Positions 47,661 through 56,509 of a stretch of DNA of 64,000 nt are shown here, piece by piece (the stretch's first letter is position 1; every line of letters begins with the position of its first letter). The stretch is from an uncultured Bacteroidia bacterium (GTDB lineage: Bacteria > Bacteroidota > Bacteroidia > Bacteroidales > ML635J-15). The stretch covers positions 66,174 to 130,173 of the forward strand of contig CADCCZ010000006.1 in NCBI GenBank assembly GCA_902800045.1, written 5' to 3'. The position numbers were made by a program, and so were the translations under genes. Under the pieces are notes generated by a model. That model had not been told where the DNA came from, made no database searches, and worked only from the letters and a program-made list of their open reading frames with translations.

Positions 47661-47720
47661 TTAGACTTTTACAAGATAAGCAGGACAAATATAGGTTGAT
47701 ATGATGACGGAAAAGGTCAT
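47661..47720 (-). pseudogene. 19-codon remnant of a GT2 gene start (MTFSVIISTY...)
   Basis: The ATG overlaps the stop of the upstream GT2 (ATGA). 23/27 nt are identical to the start region of the intact GT2 at 44300-44326. The ORF diverges and stops after 19 codons. Confidence 0.5.
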
Positions 47721-48733
47721 TGTTGATACTTTACATTCAAAAAATTCGTTTTTGTTTCCATAAAATGATCGTGACGTAATAATAAGACTACCTTGTCAAC
47801 AAACTTCTTAAATAGATTCTTTATTTTGGACAATTTACGATTGTGTAAGGACTTAATATACCATTTCCACATAGAGAGTTCCATATTATTTACAAGACGA
47901 TATTTCTCGATTACCTGTTCTCCAATATTAATTCCTGGTTGAGCCTGCTGTAATATCACTTCAGTCGAAAATAACAATTTTGCCAAATAGTACTTTCTTT
48001 GGCTTGTCATTTGTCCGTTTTGCTTTAGAATAGGAATAATTCTGTCAATCATACCTATTCTGTCTGACAGGAAATCTTTATTAGTATTTTTTGTGCTAAT
48101 ATCCGACAATTCACTTTTCCGATAAAATAAATCTATATCCCTATTTATTTTAACATAATTAGGCCTTAAAGCTAATGCTCGGACATGAATCTCCCAATCT
48201 TGCCAGTTTTTGCATCGAGAATCGAAACATCCAATCTTATTGAAAAAATCTTTTCTCCATAATACTCCAGAAGTCTGCCATGGAGTATCAACCTTCATAA
48301 ATCTGTCTAAATCATTTTCTTTTGTAAAATCGTTCCACAACAAATCTGAATCACCTGGTTTTTCGTGAAATATCAATGACCTATATACTATAAAATCTAC
48401 ATCAGAAATATTGTTAATATCTTTTAATCTATTGGCAACAAAACAATTATCCAACAAATCGTCCGCATCAAGGAATACAACCCAATCGCAAGAAGACATT
48501 TTGACGCCAAAATTTCTGCAATATGACGCACCTTGTCCGTTATTATCTCGCCTTATATATGTTATTCTTCTATCGGATTGACAGACTCCTGCGATCTCGC
48601 AAAAATCACCTTCTAGAGAGCCATCATCTACGATTATCCATTCCCAATTACCATTGTTTTGTGCCACAACAGAATCATAGGTTTGTTTAAACAACACTAC
48701 CCTTCCTTTTATTGGAGTAATTATTGATATCAT
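47717..48733 (-). CDS. Glycosyltransferase family 2
   Basis: MISIITPIKGR...WEWIIVDDGS, FLDADD. Confidence 0.75.
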   Translation of the reverse strand: MISIITPIKGRVVLFKQTYDSVVAQNNGNWEWIIVDDGSLEGDFCEIAGVCQSDRRITYIRRDNNGQGASYCRNFGVKMSSCDWVVFLDADDLLDNCFVANRLKDINNISDVDFIVYRSLIFHEKPGDSDLLWNDFTKENDLDRFMKVDTPWQTSGVLWRKDFFNKIGCFDSRCKNWQDWEIHVRALALRPNYVKINRDIDLFYRKSELSDISTKNTNKDFLSDRIGMIDRIIPILKQNGQMTSQRKYYLAKLLFSTEVILQQAQPGINIGEQVIEKYRLVNNMELSMWKWYIKSLHNRKLSKIKNLFKKFVDKVVLLLRHDHFMETKTNFLNVKYQQ

Positions 48734-48744
48734 AATATCTTTCT

Positions 48745-49575
48745 TTAAATATTACGTCCCACTAATTTACACAAAAGTTTTTTCACGCGATGTTTAAATA
48801 AAAAATATAATGTCTTATATCTATTCTTTATTATATATTTCAATGTTACACATGGCAACGTATCTAAACCGAAACATTTCAAACAAGGTTGGAAACAAAC
48901 AATACCATGTTGTGTATTTATCATATTTTCATTATGTATAACTTGAAACCACATTCTTGGTTCCTTTATTGTAATAAACATAGCCTTACCAATCCATTTG
49001 GGGTGTTCTTCCCTATATACACTATACATTGTTGCATGGGTGGATTCTATATAAGAAATAAATGGATTGCTTATCATAGTATATTTTGTATAAATATAAC
49101 TTTCTCTATCGTAACAATATCCATTTACACAATCTATAATAACATTAGATTGGGGGATAAACGCTTTTTGTATTTTTTCAATTGCAGTGTTTCTTAATGC
49201 ATCATCATTATCCAAACGTGTCGTTATAATGAAATCACACTTTTCTTCTGTATGGTGAGTTATATAGTCAGGAAGATCAATAGATTTAAAGGTTTCATAA
49301 TCTACAGAATATTGCGGAGAAAAGTTAGCGCATCTATTACACCAATCAGCAATTTTTTCTAATAAAAAATCTGGACTACTTTTGTCAAAATAAACAAGCC
49401 ATTCAAAATCCTTATTTGATTGAGCCTCAATAGATGGGAAACAATATGTTTCAAAAAGCAATATACGGCTTCGCAACCATGCATCATCTAATATAGACTG
49501 ATTATTTTTATCATAGTGCCATACTTTATTTTTTAAGTTGAACCGAGTTATAAGATAATGTTTAAAAACTTTCAT
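48745..49575 (-). CDS. Putative glycosyltransferase (rhamnosyltransferase-like PF11316-type by N-terminal pattern)
   Basis: YLITRFNLK...WL..R..LFE.YC.PS...Q....F.W.V.FD is the pattern I associate with that family. This rests on memory only. Confidence 0.4.
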   Translation of the reverse strand: MKVFKHYLITRFNLKNKVWHYDKNNQSILDDAWLRSRILLFETYCFPSIEAQSNKDFEWLVYFDKSSPDFLLEKIADWCNRCANFSPQYSVDYETFKSIDLPDYITHHTEEKCDFIITTRLDNDDALRNTAIEKIQKAFIPQSNVIIDCVNGYCYDRESYIYTKYTMISNPFISYIESTHATMYSVYREEHPKWIGKAMFITIKEPRMWFQVIHNENMINTQHGIVCFQPCLKCFGLDTLPCVTLKYIIKNRYKTLYFLFKHRVKKLLCKLVGRNI

Positions 49576-49580
49576 CTGTC

Positions 49581-51044
49581 CTATATCTTATTAATAAAAT
49601 AATATATTATTTTCTTCATCACACGTGAAAAAATATTTGATGCTTGGATTTTTCTATCTCCATCCGTCACAATACTTTTTATACCAAGCATGACACATCT
49701 ATCATCTATAGATGATGAGATGTTTCTTATCTTTTTAACACTATGTTTCTTACCTTTTAAGATTGAAATAATGTCTTCCTTTTTCGCATTCCACCCTCTT
49801 GTCCCATGATATTTCATCATTGTCTTATATTGCTGACATGCCAAAGCCTCCGATTTTTTTGAATCTAGCAACAGACTTACTGCAAGTTCAAGAAATTCTT
49901 TCTTTTTGGATATTTTTGTTACACCTTCTACCAAACTACCAAAATCTGGATTAAAAACAGAATACGACAGAACAGGAAGATGTGCTTGTATAGCATCCAT
50001 AATTGCCACCCCACCTCCTATAGGTAAAGAATCGACATATAAATCTGCCGCCGCAAGATATTTATAATATTCTTCTCCATATGCTATTTCTCCCAATGGA
50101 ACACATTTCGGTGTATTGCCCCAAAAACCAGTTTCTTCAGTTGGCCCAATACCATAACATATCGAACTAGGAACTTGTTGTAGTACACTATAAATAACAT
50201 TACAAAACTCTATATTTCCTATTGATTTATACTTAGCTGACCGTCCAATAGTTAATATAACTTTTACGTCTTGTGCAATACCTAAAGACAAACGAGATGA
50301 GCTTTTGGCATTTATATATTTATTTAAATTAAAGTTCGACTCAATCGGTATTCTCAACACATATACATCATCAATATTCCTATACTTTTGAGAAATTCCA
50401 TTATCTCTTATATCTGCAATAACATCAACAATACTTGCTCCACACCAATAATTATGGTCAGCATGATTAAACATAAGTATCGGCGTTTTAAACGTATTTA
50501 CTCCATAAGCAATTATCGATGTAGGGTCTTTGGGATGTATGTGTAATATTATACCTTTATATTGTAATGATAATTTACGTAAATACCTGGCATTTTCTAG
50601 CAAATCTTGATTACTTGACACATAGATATCTCCGCCATGAGAAGCGACAGCTGTTTGTATATCCTGAGGAATCTCATTATTTCCTTGATTTAATAAAACA
50701 AGAGAATGCTTTTGTTCTTCAGGCGAAGTTTCTATCCAACGCGCAACTACCCGACTATGCCCTCCTGTTGTATATGCCGTTGTCATAACATGCAAATATG
50801 AATTTGGATAGAAAATACCATCCTCTATCGTATCAATACTGTGAGCTAATTTAATATAAAAATCTTCTATTTCTGATATAGTATAATATCCAGCGCCACT
50901 TCTCTCCGCAAAATCCATTATATCAAAAGACAACGCAATCTTCTTTTTCTCATCAGTTTCTTTCGAAAAATTACTTATTTTTTTCTTAAGTATCCTCCGA
51001 TTCCTGTAACAAAAAATATAATACTTCTTTATGCTTAAATTCAT
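49581..51044 (-). CDS. Hypothetical protein, possibly a GT-B-like glycosyltransferase
   Basis: Long ORF inside the operon with a TTGGHSRVV motif; no secure family assignment. The start was set at the ATG at 51044. Confidence 0.3.
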   Translation of the reverse strand: MNLSIKKYYIFCYRNRRILKKKISNFSKETDEKKKIALSFDIMDFAERSGAGYYTISEIEDFYIKLAHSIDTIEDGIFYPNSYLHVMTTAYTTGGHSRVVARWIETSPEEQKHSLVLLNQGNNEIPQDIQTAVASHGGDIYVSSNQDLLENARYLRKLSLQYKGIILHIHPKDPTSIIAYGVNTFKTPILMFNHADHNYWCGASIVDVIADIRDNGISQKYRNIDDVYVLRIPIESNFNLNKYINAKSSSRLSLGIAQDVKVILTIGRSAKYKSIGNIEFCNVIYSVLQQVPSSICYGIGPTEETGFWGNTPKCVPLGEIAYGEEYYKYLAAADLYVDSLPIGGGVAIMDAIQAHLPVLSYSVFNPDFGSLVEGVTKISKKKEFLELAVSLLLDSKKSEALACQQYKTMMKYHGTRGWNAKKEDIISILKGKKHSVKKIRNISSSIDDRCVMLGIKSIVTDGDRKIQASNIFSRVMKKIIYYFINKI

Positions 51045-51071
51045 CTTGCACAAACCTCTATTTCTAAAATT

Positions 51072-52172
51072 TCAAATTACATCATTAAGAACCGAAACAA
51101 TTCTATATACGTCATCATCTGACATTACAGGACTTATAGGCAAACTCAATTCTTCTCTCGCTATTTTATCTGTAATTGGCAACGAAATTTCATTCCACTC
51201 TTTATAGCAATTTTGCTTATGGGGAGGAATAGGATAATGGATGATAGTCTGCACAGTTTGCTCTGTAAGATATTTCTGCAAATCATCTCTTCTTTTGCAA
51301 AATACAGGAAACAAATGATATACATTGCTTGTATCTGGCAAACGAAGAGGGAATTTTATGTTCGGATTTTTTATGTTATCGTAATAATATGCAGCGACCT
51401 TCTGCCTTAACTTATTATCTTCTTCCAAATACTTAAGTTTTACATTGAGCACAGCAGCTTGTATTTCATCCAACCTACTATTACGGCCGCAATACTCAAA
51501 CACATATTTCTTTGACGAACCATAATTAGCCAAACTGCGGATTGTTTGAACCAAGACCTCATCGTTTGTAGTCACAGCCCCTGCATCACCTAAAGCCCCG
51601 AGATTTTTCCCTGGATAAAAGCTATGTCCAGCGGCATCGCCAATCGAACCCGTTCTTTTTTCTGCGAACCTGCACCCGTGAGCTTGAGCATTGTCTTCCA
51701 CTAATTTAAGATTATATTTTTTACACAATTCTCCTATTTTCTCAGTATATGCACAGCGTCCATACAGATGTACAATCATTATAGCTTTTGTCCGTACTGT
51801 AATCTTTGATTCTATCAGTTCATCGTCAATTTCCAAAGTTTCAAATCGGGGTTCCACCAACACTGGCACCAAATTGTTTTCGGTTATAGCAAGTATTGAG
51901 GCAATGTAGGTATTGGCAGGGACAATCACCTCGTCGCCATCTTTCAAAACACCCAATTCCTTATATGCTCGGAATATCAACGTCAATGCATCCAAACCAT
52001 TGGCGACGCCAATACAATATTTTGTGCCGATATAATTGGCATAATTTGTTTCAAAAGAACCAATTTCCTTTCCTAACAAATACCAACCGGAATCAACCAC
52101 TCGCAATACTGCCTCATGAATTTCTGAAGCATATTTTGCCGTAATATCTTTTAAAGAAAGAAATGGTATCAT
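51072..52172 (-). CDS. DegT/DnrJ/EryC1/StrS aminotransferase, dTDP-3-amino-3,6-dideoxyhexose transaminase-like (FdtB/QdtB type)
   Basis: [52 protein letters not shown]. Genetically linked to FdtA-like and formyltransferase genes. Confidence 0.8.
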   Translation of the reverse strand: MIPFLSLKDITAKYASEIHEAVLRVVDSGWYLLGKEIGSFETNYANYIGTKYCIGVANGLDALTLIFRAYKELGVLKDGDEVIVPANTYIASILAITENNLVPVLVEPRFETLEIDDELIESKITVRTKAIMIVHLYGRCAYTEKIGELCKKYNLKLVEDNAQAHGCRFAEKRTGSIGDAAGHSFYPGKNLGALGDAGAVTTNDEVLVQTIRSLANYGSSKKYVFEYCGRNSRLDEIQAAVLNVKLKYLEEDNKLRQKVAAYYYDNIKNPNIKFPLRLPDTSNVYHLFPVFCKRRDDLQKYLTEQTVQTIIHYPIPPHKQNCYKEWNEISLPITDKIAREELSLPISPVMSDDDVYRIVSVLNDVI

Positions 52173-53032
52173 AATCTACCGTTTAAATATTGTCCTATTT
52201 TAAATTTATCACTAACATCAATCGTATTTCCTGACTCATCAAGAAATTCCTTTATAATCATATATCCATCAAGCACTTTCACCCACAATCCATCCGCGTC
52301 AATATTAAGGATTCTTCCAATATGAGTAACAACATTTGATGGATGAAAAGCTACCTTCGTAACAATATATTTAGTCTGTTTATAAACAATATACGGCAAC
52401 GGATACGGAGAAACCAAAGCACGGAAAAACGCCTTCTGATATGAGATTGGTTTTGAGAAATCAATCTGACAATCTTTCTCATTTCGCTTTCCGACCCACG
52501 ACGCCTTACTTTTATCCTGCTCAATGGGAATGATACTTCCATTTATATATCCCGACAAAACACCAGAAACAACTTCCGTCATTTTCTTATTAAACATATT
52601 CATATAATCACAAGAAGTTGAAACAAAGTCATTTTCCGTCTTATACTGATAGATGATAGGTCCGTCGTCAATATACGGAGACATTAAATGAATCGTCGCA
52701 CCCAAATATGGCTCATCATTCAGAATTGCCCATACTGTTGAATGAAAACCGCGATATGCTGGCAATAAGGAATAATGAATATTTATACATGTATTTTTCT
52801 TCAAAACTTCTTCTGGAACTATCGGTTTATATCCAGCGAACAAAAGTAATTCACCACTATATTGCGACAATGGATACGAAATCTCACGATTTGCCATTGA
52901 ACGAAGTTCTTCATCATTGGTTTGCACAAATACTGGCAAACAGAAATCTGTCAATCCCTTATATACAGCAATTGCTCCCCACCCATCGCCAAGCAAGATT
53001 ATTCTTTTATATTGCTTTAATCCTTGATTCAT
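52169..53032 (-). CDS. Sugar N-formyltransferase-like protein (Fmt N-terminal catalytic domain)
   Basis: [12 protein letters not shown] (HxSLLPxxRG) and IDDGPIIYQ (catalytic Asp region). ATGA overlaps on both sides. Confidence 0.7.
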   Translation of the reverse strand: MNQGLKQYKRIILLGDGWGAIAVYKGLTDFCLPVFVQTNDEELRSMANREISYPLSQYSGELLLFAGYKPIVPEEVLKKNTCINIHYSLLPAYRGFHSTVWAILNDEPYLGATIHLMSPYIDDGPIIYQYKTENDFVSTSCDYMNMFNKKMTEVVSGVLSGYINGSIIPIEQDKSKASWVGKRNEKDCQIDFSKPISYQKAFFRALVSPYPLPYIVYKQTKYIVTKVAFHPSNVVTHIGRILNIDADGLWVKVLDGYMIIKEFLDESGNTIDVSDKFKIGQYLNGRL

Positions 53033-53952
53033 AATTCAATTGTATGTTTAAGAGTTACTTCGCAACCGATATTTTCCTTAAACTCGCATAGTCCATAATT
53101 CGGAACACCATCTTCGGTTGAAGGACCAATATCCAAAATCTGAATATTTGTCTGAGAATAATATTCAAAAACCTTATAGGTGAAAAAATTCATTGTTCGC
53201 AAATGCGAATATTGTGGCAAATCGCCCCAGTATATTACTTGAGCGATATCTTTTGCGACATGGAATACTTGTGCAGCAGCAACATCAATTCCTTCATACG
53301 ACATCACAAAAAAATCAGCATTGATTATTTTTCGTGTTTCAAGAACATCCTGCAATGTCATACGTAAAGGGAAACCACGTTCATAACGGTTCTGCCTTAT
53401 CACACAATATGCCCTCTCAACATCACAATCCATACTCGTATCCAATTTGACAAATTGGAAATTATTTTTCTGTGAATTATAAAACTTATTACGGGTGCCT
53501 CGTTCTAAATAATCGCAGTAATGTGCAAACTTATAAAGTGGATAATGATAGTTCAAATCCGTATATGCGATATGCGCATCGGAACGCATAAAAGATGAAA
53601 ACATTTTTGAAACAGCAGATCCATATATAGAAGGAGGAAGAATAACACGTAACGGTTTGCTCTTTTCTGACATATATTTTTTTAGTGCGATCACGGCCTC
53701 CTCGTAATGTTCAATCCTTTCTATTTTATTACTCTCCAATATAGAGAACGGAGCAGAGAATGGGCAACAGAACACATCATCACGTTCGCCTACTATTAAT
53801 CCGAAACGCAATTTTGAATCTCTGAATGTCAAATAATGCACATCTATGCATTTATTTCTATTGAGTTCAGAAAATTCGACAGAATCAAATGCTATCGCTG
53901 TCTGCTGAAACAATTGTCTATATTCAGAGAATGTTACTTCGTGTAAATCCAT
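53029..53952 (-). CDS. Hypothetical protein (possibly FemAB/GNAT-fold acyltransferase)
   Basis: 307-aa ORF translationally coupled to the formyltransferase gene. No confident motif was found. Confidence 0.3.
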   Translation of the reverse strand: MDLHEVTFSEYRQLFQQTAIAFDSVEFSELNRNKCIDVHYLTFRDSKLRFGLIVGERDDVFCCPFSAPFSILESNKIERIEHYEEAVIALKKYMSEKSKPLRVILPPSIYGSAVSKMFSSFMRSDAHIAYTDLNYHYPLYKFAHYCDYLERGTRNKFYNSQKNNFQFVKLDTSMDCDVERAYCVIRQNRYERGFPLRMTLQDVLETRKIINADFFVMSYEGIDVAAAQVFHVAKDIAQVIYWGDLPQYSHLRTMNFFTYKVFEYYSQTNIQILDIGPSTEDGVPNYGLCEFKENIGCEVTLKHTIEL

Positions 53953-54072
53953 TACTTCTTATATTATATAAATTCATTATAATTTCTAATATTGTCATAA
54001 TTTACATATTTTCTTTTAGCACCTCTTCAATTTGGATCATTTTTCACTCCGAAAATTTATCATGAGCAGATT

Positions 54073-54345
54073 TTATACATCGTTGGTTTTTATCCACTCC
54101 CATGCATCTTTCGGCAACCATCCTTGATGAGGTTTATGAGATATATCTACTATAAATAAAGAATCGTTCTCATCCATGTTAGGGTGAATTCTGTCAAAGC
54201 ACTGCGCAGGAGTCATCTCTGTCCTAATCAACCAGACAGACTCTAAATAATGCCACCATACTGTACCACTTTGCTTGATAGCACTATACAACGCATCGTA
54301 GTTACGATCGGGTTGCTTTAAATCGTATGTAATCAAAACTATCAT
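54073..54345 (-). CDS. 90-aa protein with a Cas2/VapD-like beta-alpha-beta-beta-alpha-beta pattern
   Basis: MIVLITYDL (beta1), YDALYSAIKQSG (alpha1), WWHYLESVWLIRT (beta2), TPAQCFDRI (alpha2), DSLFIVDIS (beta3). Lies 5 nt downstream of its partner. Confidence 0.4.
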   Translation of the reverse strand: MIVLITYDLKQPDRNYDALYSAIKQSGTVWWHYLESVWLIRTEMTPAQCFDRIHPNMDENDSLFIVDISHKPHQGWLPKDAWEWIKTNDV

Positions 54346-54350
54346 ACCAC

Positions 54351-55019
54351 TTATACTTTAGAGATTTTTTTATACTCTTGTTCTGATATCATCCTAACTT
54401 CAAAACAATCTTTATTAATAACAAAATCATCATTATCCCATAATATCTTCATATATGCCACAGAAACACCTGAACGTGAAGAATAAAATTTTAACGGGAT
54501 AATAAAATCGCCCTTCCCCAATTGAAGGCTCTTTCCGTCTCCCAAAAGAAATAATTTATAAAATTGCTTACTCTCTCCCTTTTCATTAGCAGATGCCATT
54601 CCTTGAAACTTCTGCACAGAAGCAATATCTACGTAATATTTTAGATGAGGCGCAATCACACTTAATTTAGCATTATTACAATCCTTAAATTGTTTTGGTG
54701 TAAATACTTTTCGCACATATCCAGAATCTGCATCACGTTTCTTCAGATATTCATCTACATTTAATGCTGCGTAATCGGCAGTATATTTTCCTTTATTCGT
54801 AATACACACTCTAATAACCATGTTCTTATCCACCGAAGAACTATTAATAGAATCCATTGAAACAATTTCAACATAAGGCTCCTCATTTGCTATGGACATG
54901 TTTATTTGAGGTCTATTCCACCATTTTCGAATCGGACTCCAAAATAGAGCAACAAGTACAGCCCCCAAAGTACCTATTGCTGTTAACCAATCTGGTAGTA
55001 TCTTAAAAATTTCATCCAT
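54351..55019 (-). CDS. 222-aa single-pass membrane-anchored protein, unknown function
   Basis: N-terminal TM WLTAIGTLGAVLVALFW followed by a beta-rich soluble region. AT-rich. Confidence 0.4.
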   Translation of the reverse strand: MDEIFKILPDWLTAIGTLGAVLVALFWSPIRKWWNRPQINMSIANEEPYVEIVSMDSINSSSVDKNMVIRVCITNKGKYTADYAALNVDEYLKKRDADSGYVRKVFTPKQFKDCNNAKLSVIAPHLKYYVDIASVQKFQGMASANEKGESKQFYKLFLLGDGKSLQLGKGDFIIPLKFYSSRSGVSVAYMKILWDNDDFVINKDCFEVRMISEQEYKKISKV

Positions 55020-55157
55020 TATATTGTTATTAAAATTTAAATTATTATTCTACTATCATCCGATATTCATCCCGTCATCAAGTCACTTATTTATTTTCTG
55101 GTTTCTCTCGGTCATCTCCCGCTCATCGCTCGGTATAAGAATCCATAATTGTAATCG

Positions 55158-55640
55158 TTATACCATTATTGATTCAACAAAACGCAACTGTGCTAAGACC
55201 TTCTCTGTATGAAATGAGACTTGGTTAAAAAGGACGTGTGTCATTAATTGAACAACAGCAGCTTCGGCACTCAGTTCCCCGTTCTCATACAGACTTATCG
55301 TAGCATACAAACTATCATTAGCTACAGGACCTAATACAATGTCATATTCATGCAATGTAGCATAACGCCTATTGGCTACCACAAAATCAAGCCATTCCTT
55401 TGTTGCCCCATTATATTCCATGATACGGAAATCTTTCTTTTGCAAAAGGTCATCATCCACCTCATACACAGAAACAACTGCATTACCGCCACCTGCACGA
55501 TCTCGGCGAATACGAGCCCAACGTGCTGCCTGATCAAAATCTACAGTTGTATAAAACCCTTTACCATAATCCGTATTAGGGCGACCTTGACGGAGATTCG
55601 GGTTCTTAACCGATACTATAGAACCATGATAGAGTTTCAT
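55158..55640 (-). CDS. DUF3990-like protein
   Basis: MKLYHGS...DYGKGFYTT..FDQAARWA matches my memory of the DUF3990 N-terminus. ATGA overlap with the upstream partner. Confidence 0.5.
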   Translation of the reverse strand: MKLYHGSIVSVKNPNLRQGRPNTDYGKGFYTTVDFDQAARWARIRRDRAGGGNAVVSVYEVDDDLLQKKDFRIMEYNGATKEWLDFVVANRRYATLHEYDIVLGPVANDSLYATISLYENGELSAEAAVVQLMTHVLFNQVSFHTEKVLAQLRFVESIMV

Positions 55641-56062
55641 TTCTCTTGATTTTTACGGTTTTTAATAAAGATTTCTATATCCTGAAGGATGGCATCTTTC
55701 CCTTGAGTGTGAAGCATATCAAAGCCATTAACCAAATACACATCCACGTGATAGTGGCGGAAAAGAGCGTATGCTTCCAAGGATGTCATATTATACTTCT
55801 TGGCGTAATTCTCCATACAAAAGGTCAAAAAGACTACCACATTATTGGTGATGACACTACCACTAGACAACCAACTCTGCTCCAACAACTTATACAAAGA
55901 CTCCGTATCCAAATACCACCACTTAGCATCTTCATCATATAACTTAGCGTAAAATGGGGTATCATATATGTAGCCCAATGCCACATTCACAGGAATGTGC
56001 TTGCGATGCGAGACCAATAACGCTAACTGCGATATTTTCAATGGAATGATTGATGCACTCAT
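55637..56062 (-). CDS. DUF3791-like protein
   Basis: 141-aa helical protein immediately upstream of and overlapping the DUF3990-like gene, the usual pairing of these two families. Confidence 0.45.
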   Translation of the reverse strand: MSASIIPLKISQLALLVSHRKHIPVNVALGYIYDTPFYAKLYDEDAKWWYLDTESLYKLLEQSWLSSGSVITNNVVVFLTFCMENYAKKYNMTSLEAYALFRHYHVDVYLVNGFDMLHTQGKDAILQDIEIFIKNRKNQEK

Positions 56063-56068
56063 AGTTTG

Positions 56069-56509
56069 TTATTTTATTCCTTTATACTTCAAAAATTCAT
56101 CATAATCGCGAATATAGTCCTCTGCCTCATAATGCTCACTTGCCAAGCACAACAATACAGCTCCGCTCGAAAAATCATCCAAATCACGCCAAATACCTGG
56201 GACAACTAACAATCCATAGTACGAGCGATTCAAATTAAAAGCCTTCTTGTTCGATCCATCATCAAGAGTCACAGAAAAAGAACCACTTGCAGCAATAATT
56301 AACTGAAACAATTGCTTATGAGCATGAGCCCCCCGGCTTTCTCCTCCAGGAACATCATACAAATAATAAATTCGCTTTATATCAAACGGGACATCTATTC
56401 CACCTTCTATAGGAGTAAGATTTCCACGTGGGTCGCTTATCTTCCGCAAGTCAATAATACGACAATCTGATATTGTACTCTTTTTTACATCCATAACTTT
56501 AGCCTTCAT
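56069..56509 (-). CDS. fdtA: dTDP-4-keto-6-deoxyglucose 3,4-ketoisomerase (FdtA/QdtA, WxcM-like cupin)
   Basis: Colinear with FdtA as I recall it: D.RG.L..IE....PF.IKR.YY..D.....RG.HAHK.L.Q......GS......DG...........GL.V.P..W....DFSS..V....AS..Y.E.DYIR.YD.F.KY. Confidence 0.85.
   Translation of the reverse strand: MKAKVMDVKKSTISDCRIIDLRKISDPRGNLTPIEGGIDVPFDIKRIYYLYDVPGGESRGAHAHKQLFQLIIAASGSFSVTLDDGSNKKAFNLNRSYYGLLVVPGIWRDLDDFSSGAVLLCLASEHYEAEDYIRDYDEFLKYKGIK

Noticed and set aside
54073-54345. Annotating the 90-aa protein as Cas2
   Set aside because: It shows only a fold-level resemblance judged by eye. There is no cas1, no other cas genes and no CRISPR array in the window. It is kept as Cas2/VapD-like at low confidence.
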